A DNA stretch of 64,000 nt from Parcubacteria group bacterium GW2011_GWA2_42_14. GTDB taxonomy: Bacteria; Patescibacteriota; Minisyncoccia; Sungbacterales; GWA2-42-14. The notes under the pieces were generated by a model. That model searched no databases. It had not been told where the DNA came from and saw only the letters and a list, made by a program, of their open reading frames with translations. The stretch is taken from positions 6,392-70,391 of the forward strand of contig LCCV01000003.1 of assembly GCA_000998135.1 (NCBI GenBank), in the 5' to 3' direction. This document shows positions 26,536 to 36,510 of this stretch, piece by piece; position 1 is the first letter of the stretch; every line of letters begins with the position of its first letter. A program made the translations under genes and the position numbers.

Positions 26536-28881
26536 TTTTTGTCTTACAGATTTTTACAAAGTGTATATATTTGGCTGATTCGCGTCGGCCTTTTTGTAAT
26601 TCCATTTTTATCCCTTTTCGTATCCTCCAGCATGCTTTTTCCCTATATTACCGGAAGAAATTTCAGTTTTCGGCTTATAATTGAGGCCGTGTTTTTGTTA
26701 TGGGTTGGCCTTGCGGTTTTGAATAAAGAATATCTGCCCAAACCATCCAAACTTTTATGGGCGGTTTTTGGTTTTGTGTTTATCGTTGGGTTTGCGGACG
26801 TCCTTGGAGCGAACCCCTATCGCAGTTTCTTTTCCAATTATGAGCGCATGGAAGGTTTTTTAATGATAAGCCACATGGCTTTATTTTTTTTGGTATTAAC
26901 CAGCGTTTTTAAGTCCAAAAAAGAATGGTATTGGTGGTTCAGCACGGTCATTGTTGCCAGCATCTTCGTTAGTTTTAACGCGCTTTTGCAAAAGCTCGGT
27001 GTTTACCAGTCACTGCAGGGTGGTACCCGCGTTGACGGAACAATCGGCAATCCTACGTATTTGGCCGCTTATTTGATGTTTTCCTTTTTTCTTTCGCTGT
27101 TTCTTTTTTCCGAATTCCGCAAATCCCTGTTTCGTTACGCGTATTTGGCAGTAGCGCTTTTTGAACTCGTAATAATTTATTTTACGGCTACCAGAGGCGC
27201 GTCATTGGCGCTTTTGGGCGGAGGTTTTTTGTTTATCGTTCTTTATTTAATTTTTGTAAAAGCCGAAAGCGGTAGAGAAAGATTATTCAAGAAAGCCGCG
27301 GCTTTAGGCATTGCGGTTTTAATCTTAGTTCCTCTGGCGCTATATCTTTTACGTGATTCTAACTTCGTAAGTAGAAGTAATACGCTTGGCCGTTTGACCC
27401 ACATTTCTTTGAATGACAAAACAACCAGGTCGCGTTTTATGATTTGGGGTATGGCATGGAAAGCGGTAAAAGAGCGGCCGATTTTGGGTTATGGTCAGGA
27501 AAATTTCGGCATAATTTTCAGCAAATTTTATAATCCGCAATTATTTGACCAGGAGCCCTGGTTTGACCGTTCTCATGACATTATTTTTGACTGGCTGGTA
27601 AATGCCGGTATTATCGGTCTTCTTTCATATCTCTCGCTTTTTATAATGTCTTTTGTGTTGTTGTGGCAGGGGGCAAGATACGGCGTGGTATTGCCGAAAG
27701 AATCAATAATTTTGTTTGTGGCTTTGATAAGTTATTTTGCGCAGAATATTTTTGTTTTTGACAATTTTAACACTTATTATGTTTTTTTCGGAATCATGGC
27801 GTATATAAATACTTATTCTTATTCTTTTCCTCCTCCGCCAGGGGCGGATGCGCCTCCGGCGCAAAAGGCAAACTCTGCGCTAAATCAACAAAAATTCCAA
27901 CCGCAAGACAAAAGAAAATCATTTAATACTTCAATTCTCGCCGTGCCAAAATCCCTTTCGGCCGTATGCGCTTTGGGAATTTTTATTCTTATATTTGCGT
28001 ATTTTTTAAGCATCAAGCCCTTGAAACAATCCCGCGCCCTGATTAATGCTCTTCGTTCGGGAGCTGAAGCAAAATCCGCCCTTGATGTTTTAAATTCATT
28101 TAAATACGCACTTTCTTACCGTTCTTTCGGGGACTCGGAAGTGCGGGAACAATTGGCGCAGTTCGCTCTTCAGACTTTTAATAATACAAATATTCCACAG
28201 GAGCAAAGAAATGAGATAGCGCGTTTTGCCGTTGAAGAATTGGAAAAGCAGGTCCGGCTCATTCCGGGAGACGTTAAATACAAGCTGTTTCTTGCCAATC
28301 TTTTTATGGTTTTTAGTTCGGCAGACCCAACCTACAGCCAAAAAACGGAATTAACTTTGCTGGAAGCATTGAAGCAAAGCCCGACCAAACAGCCGGTTTA
28401 TTTTACTTTGGCGCAATATTATTTTAATACCAATCAGGCGGAAAAAGCTCTTGAAATATCCTGGAAAGCCGCTGAACTTGCGCCTAATTACGTTGATGCC
28501 CAGGTTAATTTAGCAATGGTGGCCATATATCTTGGCAAAAAAGACATTGAGGAGAGAGTTACCGTTTGGATTGAGAAAATGTTTGAAACCGCGAATGATG
28601 GCCATAATCAATATCCTAAATTAATCAATGCTTATTCCGCCGTAAATAATTATTCTAAAGTTGTTGAATACTACGGGAAGCTTATAGATGTCAGAAAAAA
28701 AATAAATCAACCCGATAACGCTCAAGACCGTATTAATTTTGCCATAAGTTTAGCTAAAATTGGCCAAATTGATTTGGCCAAAGAACAGGTTAAGGAAGCG
28801 GTCAGGCTTGACCCGGATAAATACGGAAAAGAAGAAGAGGAGATAATAAAATATTTAGAAAGCGGGCAGGATTTGCCTTAG
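26503..28881 (+). CDS. O-antigen ligase/polymerase-like (Wzy_C) membrane protein fused to C-terminal TPR repeats
   Basis: ~12 TM segments carry the Wzy_C-type segment YLAAYLMFSFF...ATRGASLAL. The C-terminal ~300 aa form a TPR-like helical array (AEKALEISWKAAELAPNYVDAQVNLAM...). Confidence 0.65.
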   Translation: MEFGAWCLEFSFLSYRFLQSVYIWLIRVGLFVIPFLSLFVSSSMLFPYITGRNFSFRLIIEAVFLLWVGLAVLNKEYLPKPSKLLWAVFGFVFIVGFADVLGANPYRSFFSNYERMEGFLMISHMALFFLVLTSVFKSKKEWYWWFSTVIVASIFVSFNALLQKLGVYQSLQGGTRVDGTIGNPTYLAAYLMFSFFLSLFLFSEFRKSLFRYAYLAVALFELVIIYFTATRGASLALLGGGFLFIVLYLIFVKAESGRERLFKKAAALGIAVLILVPLALYLLRDSNFVSRSNTLGRLTHISLNDKTTRSRFMIWGMAWKAVKERPILGYGQENFGIIFSKFYNPQLFDQEPWFDRSHDIIFDWLVNAGIIGLLSYLSLFIMSFVLLWQGARYGVVLPKESIILFVALISYFAQNIFVFDNFNTYYVFFGIMAYINTYSYSFPPPPGADAPPAQKANSALNQQKFQPQDKRKSFNTSILAVPKSLSAVCALGIFILIFAYFLSIKPLKQSRALINALRSGAEAKSALDVLNSFKYALSYRSFGDSEVREQLAQFALQTFNNTNIPQEQRNEIARFAVEELEKQVRLIPGDVKYKLFLANLFMVFSSADPTYSQKTELTLLEALKQSPTKQPVYFTLAQYYFNTNQAEKALEISWKAAELAPNYVDAQVNLAMVAIYLGKKDIEERVTVWIEKMFETANDGHNQYPKLINAYSAVNNYSKVVEYYGKLIDVRKKINQPDNAQDRINFAISLAKIGQIDLAKEQVKEAVRLDPDKYGKEEEEIIKYLESGQDLP

Positions 28882-30222
28882 TTTGGCCTTGATTCGTACA
28901 GTCAGCGGAATTAGAAAATATTCAAGGCTTATCGCAAAAATAAAGAAGTGCAAAGGATATCTGTATCCCACTCTTCCCAGAGGTGAATGCAGAAAAGCAT
29001 ACCATAGTAAAAATATCAAGCACCAAAAAATAATTTTTTTTCTCTTTTTGTTTTCATCTTTTGCCGCTTTCCACCCCGCGACAATCAGCCCCGCCGTAAT
29101 TGTCAGCCAAATTATTTTTCCGGCAATATAAACGCTGAATGCCGGAGCGGTCAGGAGGATTTGCAGGTTGGCAAGAAATGATGAAAAATCACGTTGCATT
29201 AAAAAGGTATATAAATTAGGGGAAGCAGAGAGCAATGGTTTGGCAAAGAACATTTGCAGAAGGTCTACGTATCCGTCTTGTATGAATAAGCGCGGGGTAA
29301 GGGCCAATACAAAAAAAGCATATTCATAAAAATGTTTCATAATAAATTTTCTGGCTTTTAGTCCGGCTTCTTTCAGGACAAGAGTGTCATAAGGTTTTAC
29401 CAAAGGAGGTTCGGCTACTGCTTCGGGGTTATCTTGGAGATTATAAAATTTTCCAAAAAGATTCAGGTTGCCGAAATATAAATTGTGATTGGCAATAGAG
29501 GAAAATTGCCAAGTGCCTAAAGATATTTTGTTTCTTATAAGCCAGGGTGATGTTATGGCGGCAAAAATAACCAGCGCAATTATGGTTGTCTTTATAAATT
29601 TTTTGAACGAATCAGAAGAAAATGCCAAAGCCAGAATGAGCAATGGTGAAAGAGCCAAGGTAACCGGCTTGGTTAAAGCCGAGAGAGCTAACAAGGCCGC
29701 GGAAAAATAAAAATATCGCGTTTTTTCCGTTTTAATTCCCATAAGGGCAAAAAGGATTGATGGCAGAAGAAATAAGTAATTTAAATTTTGAGCGGTGATA
29801 AAATTTGTAGAAAATATGCTGTGCGGCTCTATCGCCGTAAAAATTACGGCCCAGCGCGCGGTTTTTTCTTCAAAAACAGTTCTTCCCATAAAATAGGCCA
29901 TGACCATTATTGCTCCAAAAATAATGATTTGCACGATTGCTGTTACAAAAAAAGGAATCTTAAAATAAATAAATGGAAGCAGGAAGAAAGGATAAATAGG
30001 GGTTCTGAAGTTATCCGGATAAGGAGGAGCCCCCGTATCAATGGAAAAAGTAAAGTTGTTGATAAGGTTTATGGCCGGTTGAATATAGGAAGAGCCGTCA
30101 CTGGCATCTAGATAACCCGGACCTAGCATCAACAAATAGGCCAAGGCAATGATTCTGGGTATAAATGCCAGAAGAAAAATAAACAGAATTATTTTTTTAT
30201 CCCGTAGTTCAAGCGGCTTCAT
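28855..30222 (-). CDS. PMT/ArnT-family (GT39/GT83-like) membrane glycosyltransferase
   Basis: Polytopic membrane protein with an ArnT-like N-terminal region (PRIIALAYLL...YP..F..P.Y). Confidence 0.5.
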   Translation of the reverse strand: MKPLELRDKKIILFIFLLAFIPRIIALAYLLMLGPGYLDASDGSSYIQPAINLINNFTFSIDTGAPPYPDNFRTPIYPFFLLPFIYFKIPFFVTAIVQIIIFGAIMVMAYFMGRTVFEEKTARWAVIFTAIEPHSIFSTNFITAQNLNYLFLLPSILFALMGIKTEKTRYFYFSAALLALSALTKPVTLALSPLLILALAFSSDSFKKFIKTTIIALVIFAAITSPWLIRNKISLGTWQFSSIANHNLYFGNLNLFGKFYNLQDNPEAVAEPPLVKPYDTLVLKEAGLKARKFIMKHFYEYAFFVLALTPRLFIQDGYVDLLQMFFAKPLLSASPNLYTFLMQRDFSSFLANLQILLTAPAFSVYIAGKIIWLTITAGLIVAGWKAAKDENKKRKKIIFWCLIFLLWYAFLHSPLGRVGYRYPLHFFIFAISLEYFLIPLTVRIKAKLRQILPAF

Positions 30223-30225
30223 TTT

Positions 30226-30993
30226 ATGACAGATTTAAATTATAAAAAAAATAAAGTTATAGGGTTTGTTTTGGCTTATAACGCAGCCCCTTTTCTCGAA
30301 GGTCTTTATAAGAGGATTCCTAAAGAAGAATTTGATGATATTATTCTTGTTGATGACAGCTCGCCGGACGATACTTTAAAAGAGGCCGGGCGTCTCGGAA
30401 TAAATTTTTTTACGCATGAACATCTTGGTTACGGCGGCAATACGAAATACGCGTTGAAAAAAGCTATGGAAATGGGCGCGGAGTTTATGGTGGAAATACA
30501 CGGCGATGGCCAATATGATCCGGCGGTTATTCCCGCGGCCCTCAAGAAAATGCGGGAAGGATATGGCCTTATTCTCGGCTCTCGTTTTACCGATTGGCGC
30601 CAGCCCTTGCGTGACCGCATGCCTATTTCTAAATATCTTGCTAATGTTGGTCTAAGTTTTATTGACCGGACTATACTCGGCGTTCCGTTGACTGAATTTC
30701 ACACCGGGTTTCGAGTATATTCGCGCCGTCTCTTGAATGAAATTGACGTAACCCATACGTCAGACGACTTTCTTTTTAGTTTTGAGGTGATTGTACAGGC
30801 GCGGTTTTGCGGACTGAAAATAGGCGAAGTTCCTATTCGCTGTGATTATGCAAATGAGCATAGTTCCATTAGCTTTAAAAAATCAGTACTGTATGCGTTT
30901 CAGACCCTTCGTGTTTTATTTTGGTACTTATTAGCCCGTCTCGGCTTTAAACATCCTCTTTTTTTGTGTAGTTCGGCAAAAAAATACTCTTAA
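30226..30993 (+). CDS. Family 2 glycosyltransferase (dolichyl/polyprenyl-phosphate sugar synthase-like)
   Basis: VIGFVLAYNAAPFLEGL...DIILVDDSSPDDT...GSRF match the GT2 DxD region. Confidence 0.8.
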   Translation: MTDLNYKKNKVIGFVLAYNAAPFLEGLYKRIPKEEFDDIILVDDSSPDDTLKEAGRLGINFFTHEHLGYGGNTKYALKKAMEMGAEFMVEIHGDGQYDPAVIPAALKKMREGYGLILGSRFTDWRQPLRDRMPISKYLANVGLSFIDRTILGVPLTEFHTGFRVYSRRLLNEIDVTHTSDDFLFSFEVIVQARFCGLKIGEVPIRCDYANEHSSISFKKSVLYAFQTLRVLFWYLLARLGFKHPLFLCSSAKKYS

Positions 30994-31844
30994 TGTTTTA
31001 TATGTTTTATTAAGTAATTTATGTATTCGCGCATGGCCTCTTGCCACGGCCTTAGCGATATTTTTTTTGATTTCATTCCTTCCATTTTTCCTCGTTTAAG
31101 TTTTGTTGAAGCATGGTTGAGTATTTTGATGGCCCGTATTTTTGCGCTAAATTTCCCTGATTTTAGCATAAAACGCGCGATATCAAAATAGGACGCAGTA
31201 CCGCTGTTTACTAGATGGATTGTTCCTGTTAGGCGGCTTCTCATGAGCTTGGTTATCCCTTGAACAAGGTCAAGCACATACGTTGGAGAGCCATAGCGGT
31301 TCTGAATCGCGAAAATAGTTTCCCCTTTTTGCATCATCTTGAAAAACTTGAGGGCGAATTTTTTGTCCCCCTTTTTTCCTCCGCCAAAAAGCCACCCCGT
31401 CCTAAGAATCAGGTGATTTTTAACCAGATCTTTTATGATGATTTCTCCGATGTATTTGGTGCGGCCATATACATTAAGAGGTGAGGCAGAATCTGTTTCC
31501 ATATACGGCGTTTTTTTTCTTCCATTGAATACCGCTCCGGTAGAGAGAAATACCAGTCGTATATTTTTTTCTCCGCAGATTTTAGCAATATTATAGGTCC
31601 CGAGAACATTTGTTTCGTAAGCTAGTTCCGGGCTGTTCTCACATATTTGCATGTCTACTAAAGCCGCAAGATGGAGTATAGCAGACGGCCTGTATTTTTT
31701 GACAGCGTTTTGAATGCTTTTTTCATCAAGAATGTTTAGAACCGAGCGTGGCGGCTTTTTACCGAAATCGATTTGCGACCCAACCATCCCACTGCCTCCT
31801 GTTATCAAAATTGATTGATTTTGAAATGAAATATTTTTTGACAT
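30990..31844 (-). CDS. rmlD: dTDP-4-dehydrorhamnose reductase (RmlD-like)
   Basis: ILITGGSGMVGSQI...SPELAYETNVLGTYNIA...FLSTGAVFNG...PYMETDSASPLNVYGRTKYIGE...RTGWLFG...YGSPTY. Confidence 0.7.
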   Translation of the reverse strand: MSKNISFQNQSILITGGSGMVGSQIDFGKKPPRSVLNILDEKSIQNAVKKYRPSAILHLAALVDMQICENSPELAYETNVLGTYNIAKICGEKNIRLVFLSTGAVFNGRKKTPYMETDSASPLNVYGRTKYIGEIIIKDLVKNHLILRTGWLFGGGKKGDKKFALKFFKMMQKGETIFAIQNRYGSPTYVLDLVQGITKLMRSRLTGTIHLVNSGTASYFDIARFMLKSGKFSAKIRAIKILNHASTKLKRGKMEGMKSKKISLRPWQEAMREYINYLIKHIKH

Positions 31845-31892
31845 ATTTATTGTTAGCGAACCCTATTACAATCCGGTCTAAAGACGGAGTTT

Positions 31893-33245
31893 TTATTTAG
31901 TTTTTTTAGAACTTTTCTTTTTTCTTTGGCCTGAATGTCGGAGTTTCCGGGTTGTAACGGGGTGAATAGCGGGTTTTGGAACAGGAATAATGAATTTTCC
32001 TCCTTGTTTAGAAAACCACTCCTCTTTTTGTATGATTGCGTCGGCATAATTCCACGCGAGCAATAGGATATAATCCGGAGTGGATTTTTTTAGCATGCTC
32101 GGGTGTACTATGGGAATATGGGTTCCTGGGGTAAATTTATTCTGTTTGACCGGGGTGGTATCAATGATATAATCTATTAGGCCAGGGCCGATGGAACAAT
32201 ATTGAAGAAGCGTATTTCCTTTGGCCGGGGCGCCGTATCCGGCAATTTTTTTACCGTGTTTTTTTAGAGTTTGAAGAAGCTGATTGAGCATATGTTTTAC
32301 AAGCGGAGGGCGTTTGGCGAATTTGCGGTATGTAGCAAGGCGATCCATGCCTTTTTTATGTTCTAATAGGCGAAGTAAAGATAATGATTTTTTAACGGGA
32401 AATCGCAAAGGAGAGTGTGAAGCAAAAACTCTTATGGAGCCGCCTTGGGTGTCAACGCGCTTCACGTCAAAAATCTCCAAACCGTGTTTTTTCAAGAGAT
32501 ATGTTAATGGAAATAGCGAGAAATAGCAGATGTGTTCGTGATACGTGTTGTCAAATTCATTGGAATCAAGAAGGTCAATTGCGTATTGCACTTCAAATAC
32601 AAAGACCCCTTTTTCGTCAAGAAGTTCTTTAACGCCCGCGATAATATCATGAAGCGTATCGGTGTGGGCAAGGACATTGTTGGCTACGATAAGGCCCGCT
32701 TTGCCGTATTTTCTCAATATTTTACGCGCTAATTTCGCGCTGAAAAAATCGGCAATGGTTGGAATTCCTTTTCTTCTTGCAATCTGAACTACGTTTCGCG
32801 CCGGGTCCACTCCCAAAACACGCGCCCCTCTTTCCTTCAGCGGTTTTAGAAGAATGCCATCATTGGAAGCAATTTCAACTGTCAGTTTTTTTGCTTGAGC
32901 CGGAAAACGTTTGAGAAGTTCTTCAGCGTAATTTTGAAAGTGTCGCAAAAGCGGTGTGGACGCGGAACAAAAATACGCGTATTTTTCAAATAATAATTTT
33001 CTGTCAACAATATCAAGGAGTTGAATAAGGTGGCAGGCGTGGCAGTAATAGACGGTAAGGGGTACTTTGAGTTCGCGTTTAAGAAGGTCTCTTTTGGTAA
33101 GAAAAGAATTCGCAACGGCGGTTTTACCCAAAAATAAAAACGGCGTAAGTTTTTTATCTCCGCAAACCATGCATGTGGCGCGTTTTTTCACGAAACGGGG
33201 CGCTATATGCCGTAATGGTGAATTAAGGTCATTTTGTGAACGCAT
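31893..33245 (-). CDS. SAM-dependent C-methyltransferase (NDP-hexose C-methyltransferase-like) with an N-terminal Zn-ribbon
   Basis: C..C...YYCHAC, then a methyltransferase fold (VEIASNDGILLKPLKERGARVLGVDPA) and a C-terminal C-methyltransferase-type domain. Confidence 0.6.
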   Translation of the reverse strand: MRSQNDLNSPLRHIAPRFVKKRATCMVCGDKKLTPFLFLGKTAVANSFLTKRDLLKRELKVPLTVYYCHACHLIQLLDIVDRKLLFEKYAYFCSASTPLLRHFQNYAEELLKRFPAQAKKLTVEIASNDGILLKPLKERGARVLGVDPARNVVQIARRKGIPTIADFFSAKLARKILRKYGKAGLIVANNVLAHTDTLHDIIAGVKELLDEKGVFVFEVQYAIDLLDSNEFDNTYHEHICYFSLFPLTYLLKKHGLEIFDVKRVDTQGGSIRVFASHSPLRFPVKKSLSLLRLLEHKKGMDRLATYRKFAKRPPLVKHMLNQLLQTLKKHGKKIAGYGAPAKGNTLLQYCSIGPGLIDYIIDTTPVKQNKFTPGTHIPIVHPSMLKKSTPDYILLLAWNYADAIIQKEEWFSKQGGKFIIPVPKPAIHPVTTRKLRHSGQRKKKSSKKTK

Positions 33246-33521
33246 GGGATGGTATTCTTACGCGTGTTCCGTTTTTCTAAACACCCGCTATGCCAGTAAC
33301 AAGATATCCAGTGGGGGCGTCATAAAGCGAGAAGGCGCGCGAAAAATTATACTCGGTCATTATAGCAAGCAGTTTTTGATTAAGCAAATTTTATTGCCAA
33401 GCAGGCATTATTTATGGTATATAGAATAAGGCATTATAAATAATAATTTTCTTAGAAGCCGAAGCGCCAATTGGAAAGCGGGTTTTTGCTTTCAATTCTG
33501 GGGTTTGGCGGTTAATTTCTT

Positions 33522-34343
33522 ATGAAAATAGGAATCATAGGTTTAGGATTTTTGGGCGGTTCCATGGACCGTTATTTTACCGAGAAAGGAGTAAAAACAT
33601 ATCGTTATGATAAAAAGGGCATCGGCTCTCCCGAAGAAGTTAATGAGGCGGATGCGGTTTTTGTATGCGTGAATACTCCTTATGACGGCGTTAAAAAAGA
33701 TATTGATTTATCGTATGTTGATTCGGCGGTGAAATTGCTTAATGGTTCAAAAACCGTTGTCTTGCGCTCAACCATGCCGCCGGGAACCACTGATAATTTT
33801 CAAAAAAATTATCCTCAACACAAGTTTCTTTTTAACCCGGAATTTTTAAGAGCAAAATTCGCTTATGTTGATTTTATTAATCCGCCAAGGCAGTTAATCG
33901 GATATACTGAAAAAAGTAAAGATGTTGCGCGTGAGGTTTTAGCCATGCTTCCGGAAGCTCCGCCGGATTATACCAAAATACTTCCGGCGCGTTCAGCCGA
34001 ATTAGTAAAATACGCCGCCAACACCATGCTCGCGGTTAAGGTTGCCTTAGCTAATAAGATGTATGATTTTTCGCAAGCGATTGGAGCGGATTATGACGAA
34101 ATAAAACATCTTCTTGGGGCTGACGCGAGAATAGGGCATTGGGGGCTTGACGTGATGTATGAAAATTTCAGGGGATATAACGGCACGTGTTTTCCGAAAG
34201 ATGTTCGAACATTGGTTGCTCGCGGCAAAGCGTTAGGGGTTGATGTAAAATGGCTTGAAGCATTGGATGATGAAAATTTGGCCTTACTTGCCAAACAAGG
34301 CATGGAGGCGGATTATGGGCATCCGAAGATTCAGAAAACCTAA
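33522..34343 (+). CDS. Nucleotide-sugar (UDP-glucose/GDP-mannose) dehydrogenase family protein, short (273 aa)
   Basis: MKIGIIGLGFLGG is a Rossmann N-terminus. DAVFVCVNTP...LSYV and GTCFPKDVRTL carry the catalytic Cys region. The usual C-terminal domain appears absent. Confidence 0.6.
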   Translation: MKIGIIGLGFLGGSMDRYFTEKGVKTYRYDKKGIGSPEEVNEADAVFVCVNTPYDGVKKDIDLSYVDSAVKLLNGSKTVVLRSTMPPGTTDNFQKNYPQHKFLFNPEFLRAKFAYVDFINPPRQLIGYTEKSKDVAREVLAMLPEAPPDYTKILPARSAELVKYAANTMLAVKVALANKMYDFSQAIGADYDEIKHLLGADARIGHWGLDVMYENFRGYNGTCFPKDVRTLVARGKALGVDVKWLEALDDENLALLAKQGMEADYGHPKIQKT

Positions 34344-34560
34344 AGGAATTTTTTCAACGCCTTTATTTTGGTTATTACGTTTTTTGATTCCACTGTCCCT
34401 TTGCTTCTCGCAAAAGCCCTGGGTTTGCCCTCGGCAAACCCGTCGCTTGCGACCCCGATTGAAAAAATTCCTTTAGGTTTTCTTCATAAAAAAGTCATAT
34501 TGTGTTTTTTTGGACGGTGTGATACATTTTTAATGCTCCACAAACCAAAGGAGTGGGCGA

Positions 34561-35025
34561 ATGAAAAAGATTTGTTCTTTGATAATTATGTTAAGTTTTT
34601 TGTTTATTCCATCAGTGTTTGCGGGTGTACTTGATAACCCCTCGCATCCCATTTTTAGCCAGGAAAATTGGGTTTTTGATGGTAGTAAGGAATATGCTGA
34701 TTTTGATCCTGACGGTACTAAGGTGATTTATACAACATTTAATCTTTATCGTAATCCGGACCACAGTAGTTATTCTTTGGAAGAAAGTATAGTTTTTGGG
34801 GAGACGGTTGTGAAAGTATATTATCTTGAGGACAAGGAAAAAGGTTTATATGAAAACGCTTTTCGGTTAGAAAAGGATGGGGTATGGCATGATGGTGGCG
34901 TTGTTTTATGGCCGCGTTTGATTAGAGATTCTTCAGGGAAAATTTTAAGAGCCTTGTTAATTATGATTGAAGTCGTTGACGGTAAGTTTAAGACAGTGAT
35001 GACTCGAGAAGTGGAGAGGAAATAA
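34561..35025 (+). CDS. small secreted protein, paralog family member 3
   Basis: Signal peptide MKKICSLIIMLSFLFIPSVFAG, then ...SHPIFSQENW...GETVVK...TREVERK. A terminator follows. Confidence 0.5.
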   Translation: MKKICSLIIMLSFLFIPSVFAGVLDNPSHPIFSQENWVFDGSKEYADFDPDGTKVIYTTFNLYRNPDHSSYSLEESIVFGETVVKVYYLEDKEKGLYENAFRLEKDGVWHDGGVVLWPRLIRDSSGKILRALLIMIEVVDGKFKTVMTREVERK

Positions 35026-35035
35026 TAAAATATTG

Positions 35036-35058
35036 CACCGCGCTTGCGGTGTTTTTAT
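35036..35058 (+). terminator. rho-independent terminator
   Basis: caccgcgcttgcggtg followed by ttttta. Confidence 0.75.
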
Positions 35059-35082
35059 ATCCGCGTTTATCCGCTTCTACAG

Positions 35083-36459
35083 TTATCTTCCGCTTCGGGA
35101 GAGTATGGTTAAAATTGTTTTTAGAATGATGTTTAAGTCCAAGAGAAACGACTGGTTTTTGATATAAAAAAGGTCATACTGCATTTTTTCCGGGGCGTCT
35201 TCAACCGAGGCGTCATCTTCCATGTTTGTTTGCGCCCAGCCGGTAATGCCCGGAGTTACCAATAGCCGCATCTCGTAAAACGGGATGTTTTTTTTAAGGT
35301 CAGACACGTATTCCGGTCTTTCCGGCCTCGGCCCCACAAAAGACATTTCTCCTTTTAAAATATTCCATATTTGAGGCAATTCATCCAAATAACTTTTTCG
35401 TAAAAACAGGCCTATTTTAGTATAACGGAAATCCTGCTCGCCAGTTTTTTTAAATCCACTCATTTTATCCGCGTCTTTTATCATGGAGCGGAATTTTAAT
35501 AGCCAAAACTCTTTTCCATGGTATCCGACCCTTGTTTGGCGGTAAAAAACCGGCCCTTCTCCCGATAACTTTATTAAAAGTGCAACAAATGGGGTTATAG
35601 CCAGCGTTGGAATAAGAAGCAGAATGGATATGGCAATATCGTTTATTCTTTTAAAAAGTTCAAAGACCCGTTTTTTGCCTCCCACCAAGTGTTCAAGAAA
35701 CCAGACCTCCTGTATTAAAGAAATGGGTATTTTTCCGGTGATGCTTTCATAAAATTCCGGAAAATCAATTATGGCCGCGCCCAAAGGAATAATTTCAAAA
35801 AACATTTTCACGAAAGTTTTGTTTTCTTTGATATTTTCTGAAACAATAATGGTATCGCTGGCAGTATCGCTGATAACATGCTTCAAGCTTTGGTCAAACG
35901 CAAAAACCTTATAAGGAAGGGGGTTAAGATATTCTTCTTTTTCCGCAAGCATCATGGCTGTTGTTTCGTACCCCAGTTGCGGATTGTATTTTAAGTAATC
36001 GGCCATGGCGATTACCTCCGGGGTCATTCCAAAAAAAAGTACGCGGTTTTTAACGGCCGCGGAAAGGAAGCTGTTGAAAATAAGCCTCCAGCCAAAAATT
36101 AAAATTGTAGATAGAATAAGCGTTAAAAAAAGATTTGTTTTGGGAGTAATACGAAAAGAAGGAATAAGGTAAAAAACAAGTATGGCAAAAAGAGCGTTAA
36201 AGATTATAGTGCGGATAAGTTTTTCCAGAAATTTTGATTCGTTCTTGATTATGCGGAGGTCATAAAGCCCGGCAATTATAAAAACAATAAGCCATATTCC
36301 GAAAGCTATAGAAAAAGGGTAAAGATGCTGTTGCCATATAATAGTTTCGGGAAATTCAAGATTGCGAATAGTGAGAGCTAAATATAGCGAAAGATACAAT
36401 ATGGCCGTATCTCCGCCGAAAAGAACAGTCAATTTTAATTTTTTGCCAAAACCGTTCAT
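35083..36459 (-). CDS. Polyprenyl-phosphate sugar phosphotransferase (Bac_transf / WbaP-like initiating transferase)
   Basis: C-terminal RVGYHGKEFWLLKFRSM...DELPQIWNILKGEMSFVGPRPERPEY. The N-terminus is multi-TM. Confidence 0.8.
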   Translation of the reverse strand: MNGFGKKLKLTVLFGGDTAILYLSLYLALTIRNLEFPETIIWQQHLYPFSIAFGIWLIVFIIAGLYDLRIIKNESKFLEKLIRTIIFNALFAILVFYLIPSFRITPKTNLFLTLILSTILIFGWRLIFNSFLSAAVKNRVLFFGMTPEVIAMADYLKYNPQLGYETTAMMLAEKEEYLNPLPYKVFAFDQSLKHVISDTASDTIIVSENIKENKTFVKMFFEIIPLGAAIIDFPEFYESITGKIPISLIQEVWFLEHLVGGKKRVFELFKRINDIAISILLLIPTLAITPFVALLIKLSGEGPVFYRQTRVGYHGKEFWLLKFRSMIKDADKMSGFKKTGEQDFRYTKIGLFLRKSYLDELPQIWNILKGEMSFVGPRPERPEYVSDLKKNIPFYEMRLLVTPGITGWAQTNMEDDASVEDAPEKMQYDLFYIKNQSFLLDLNIILKTILTILSRSGR

Positions 36460-36510
36460 GCGTTTTATATTATCATAAAATAGCGGGATTTTGAAGGGAT
36501 TCCTTCTCGC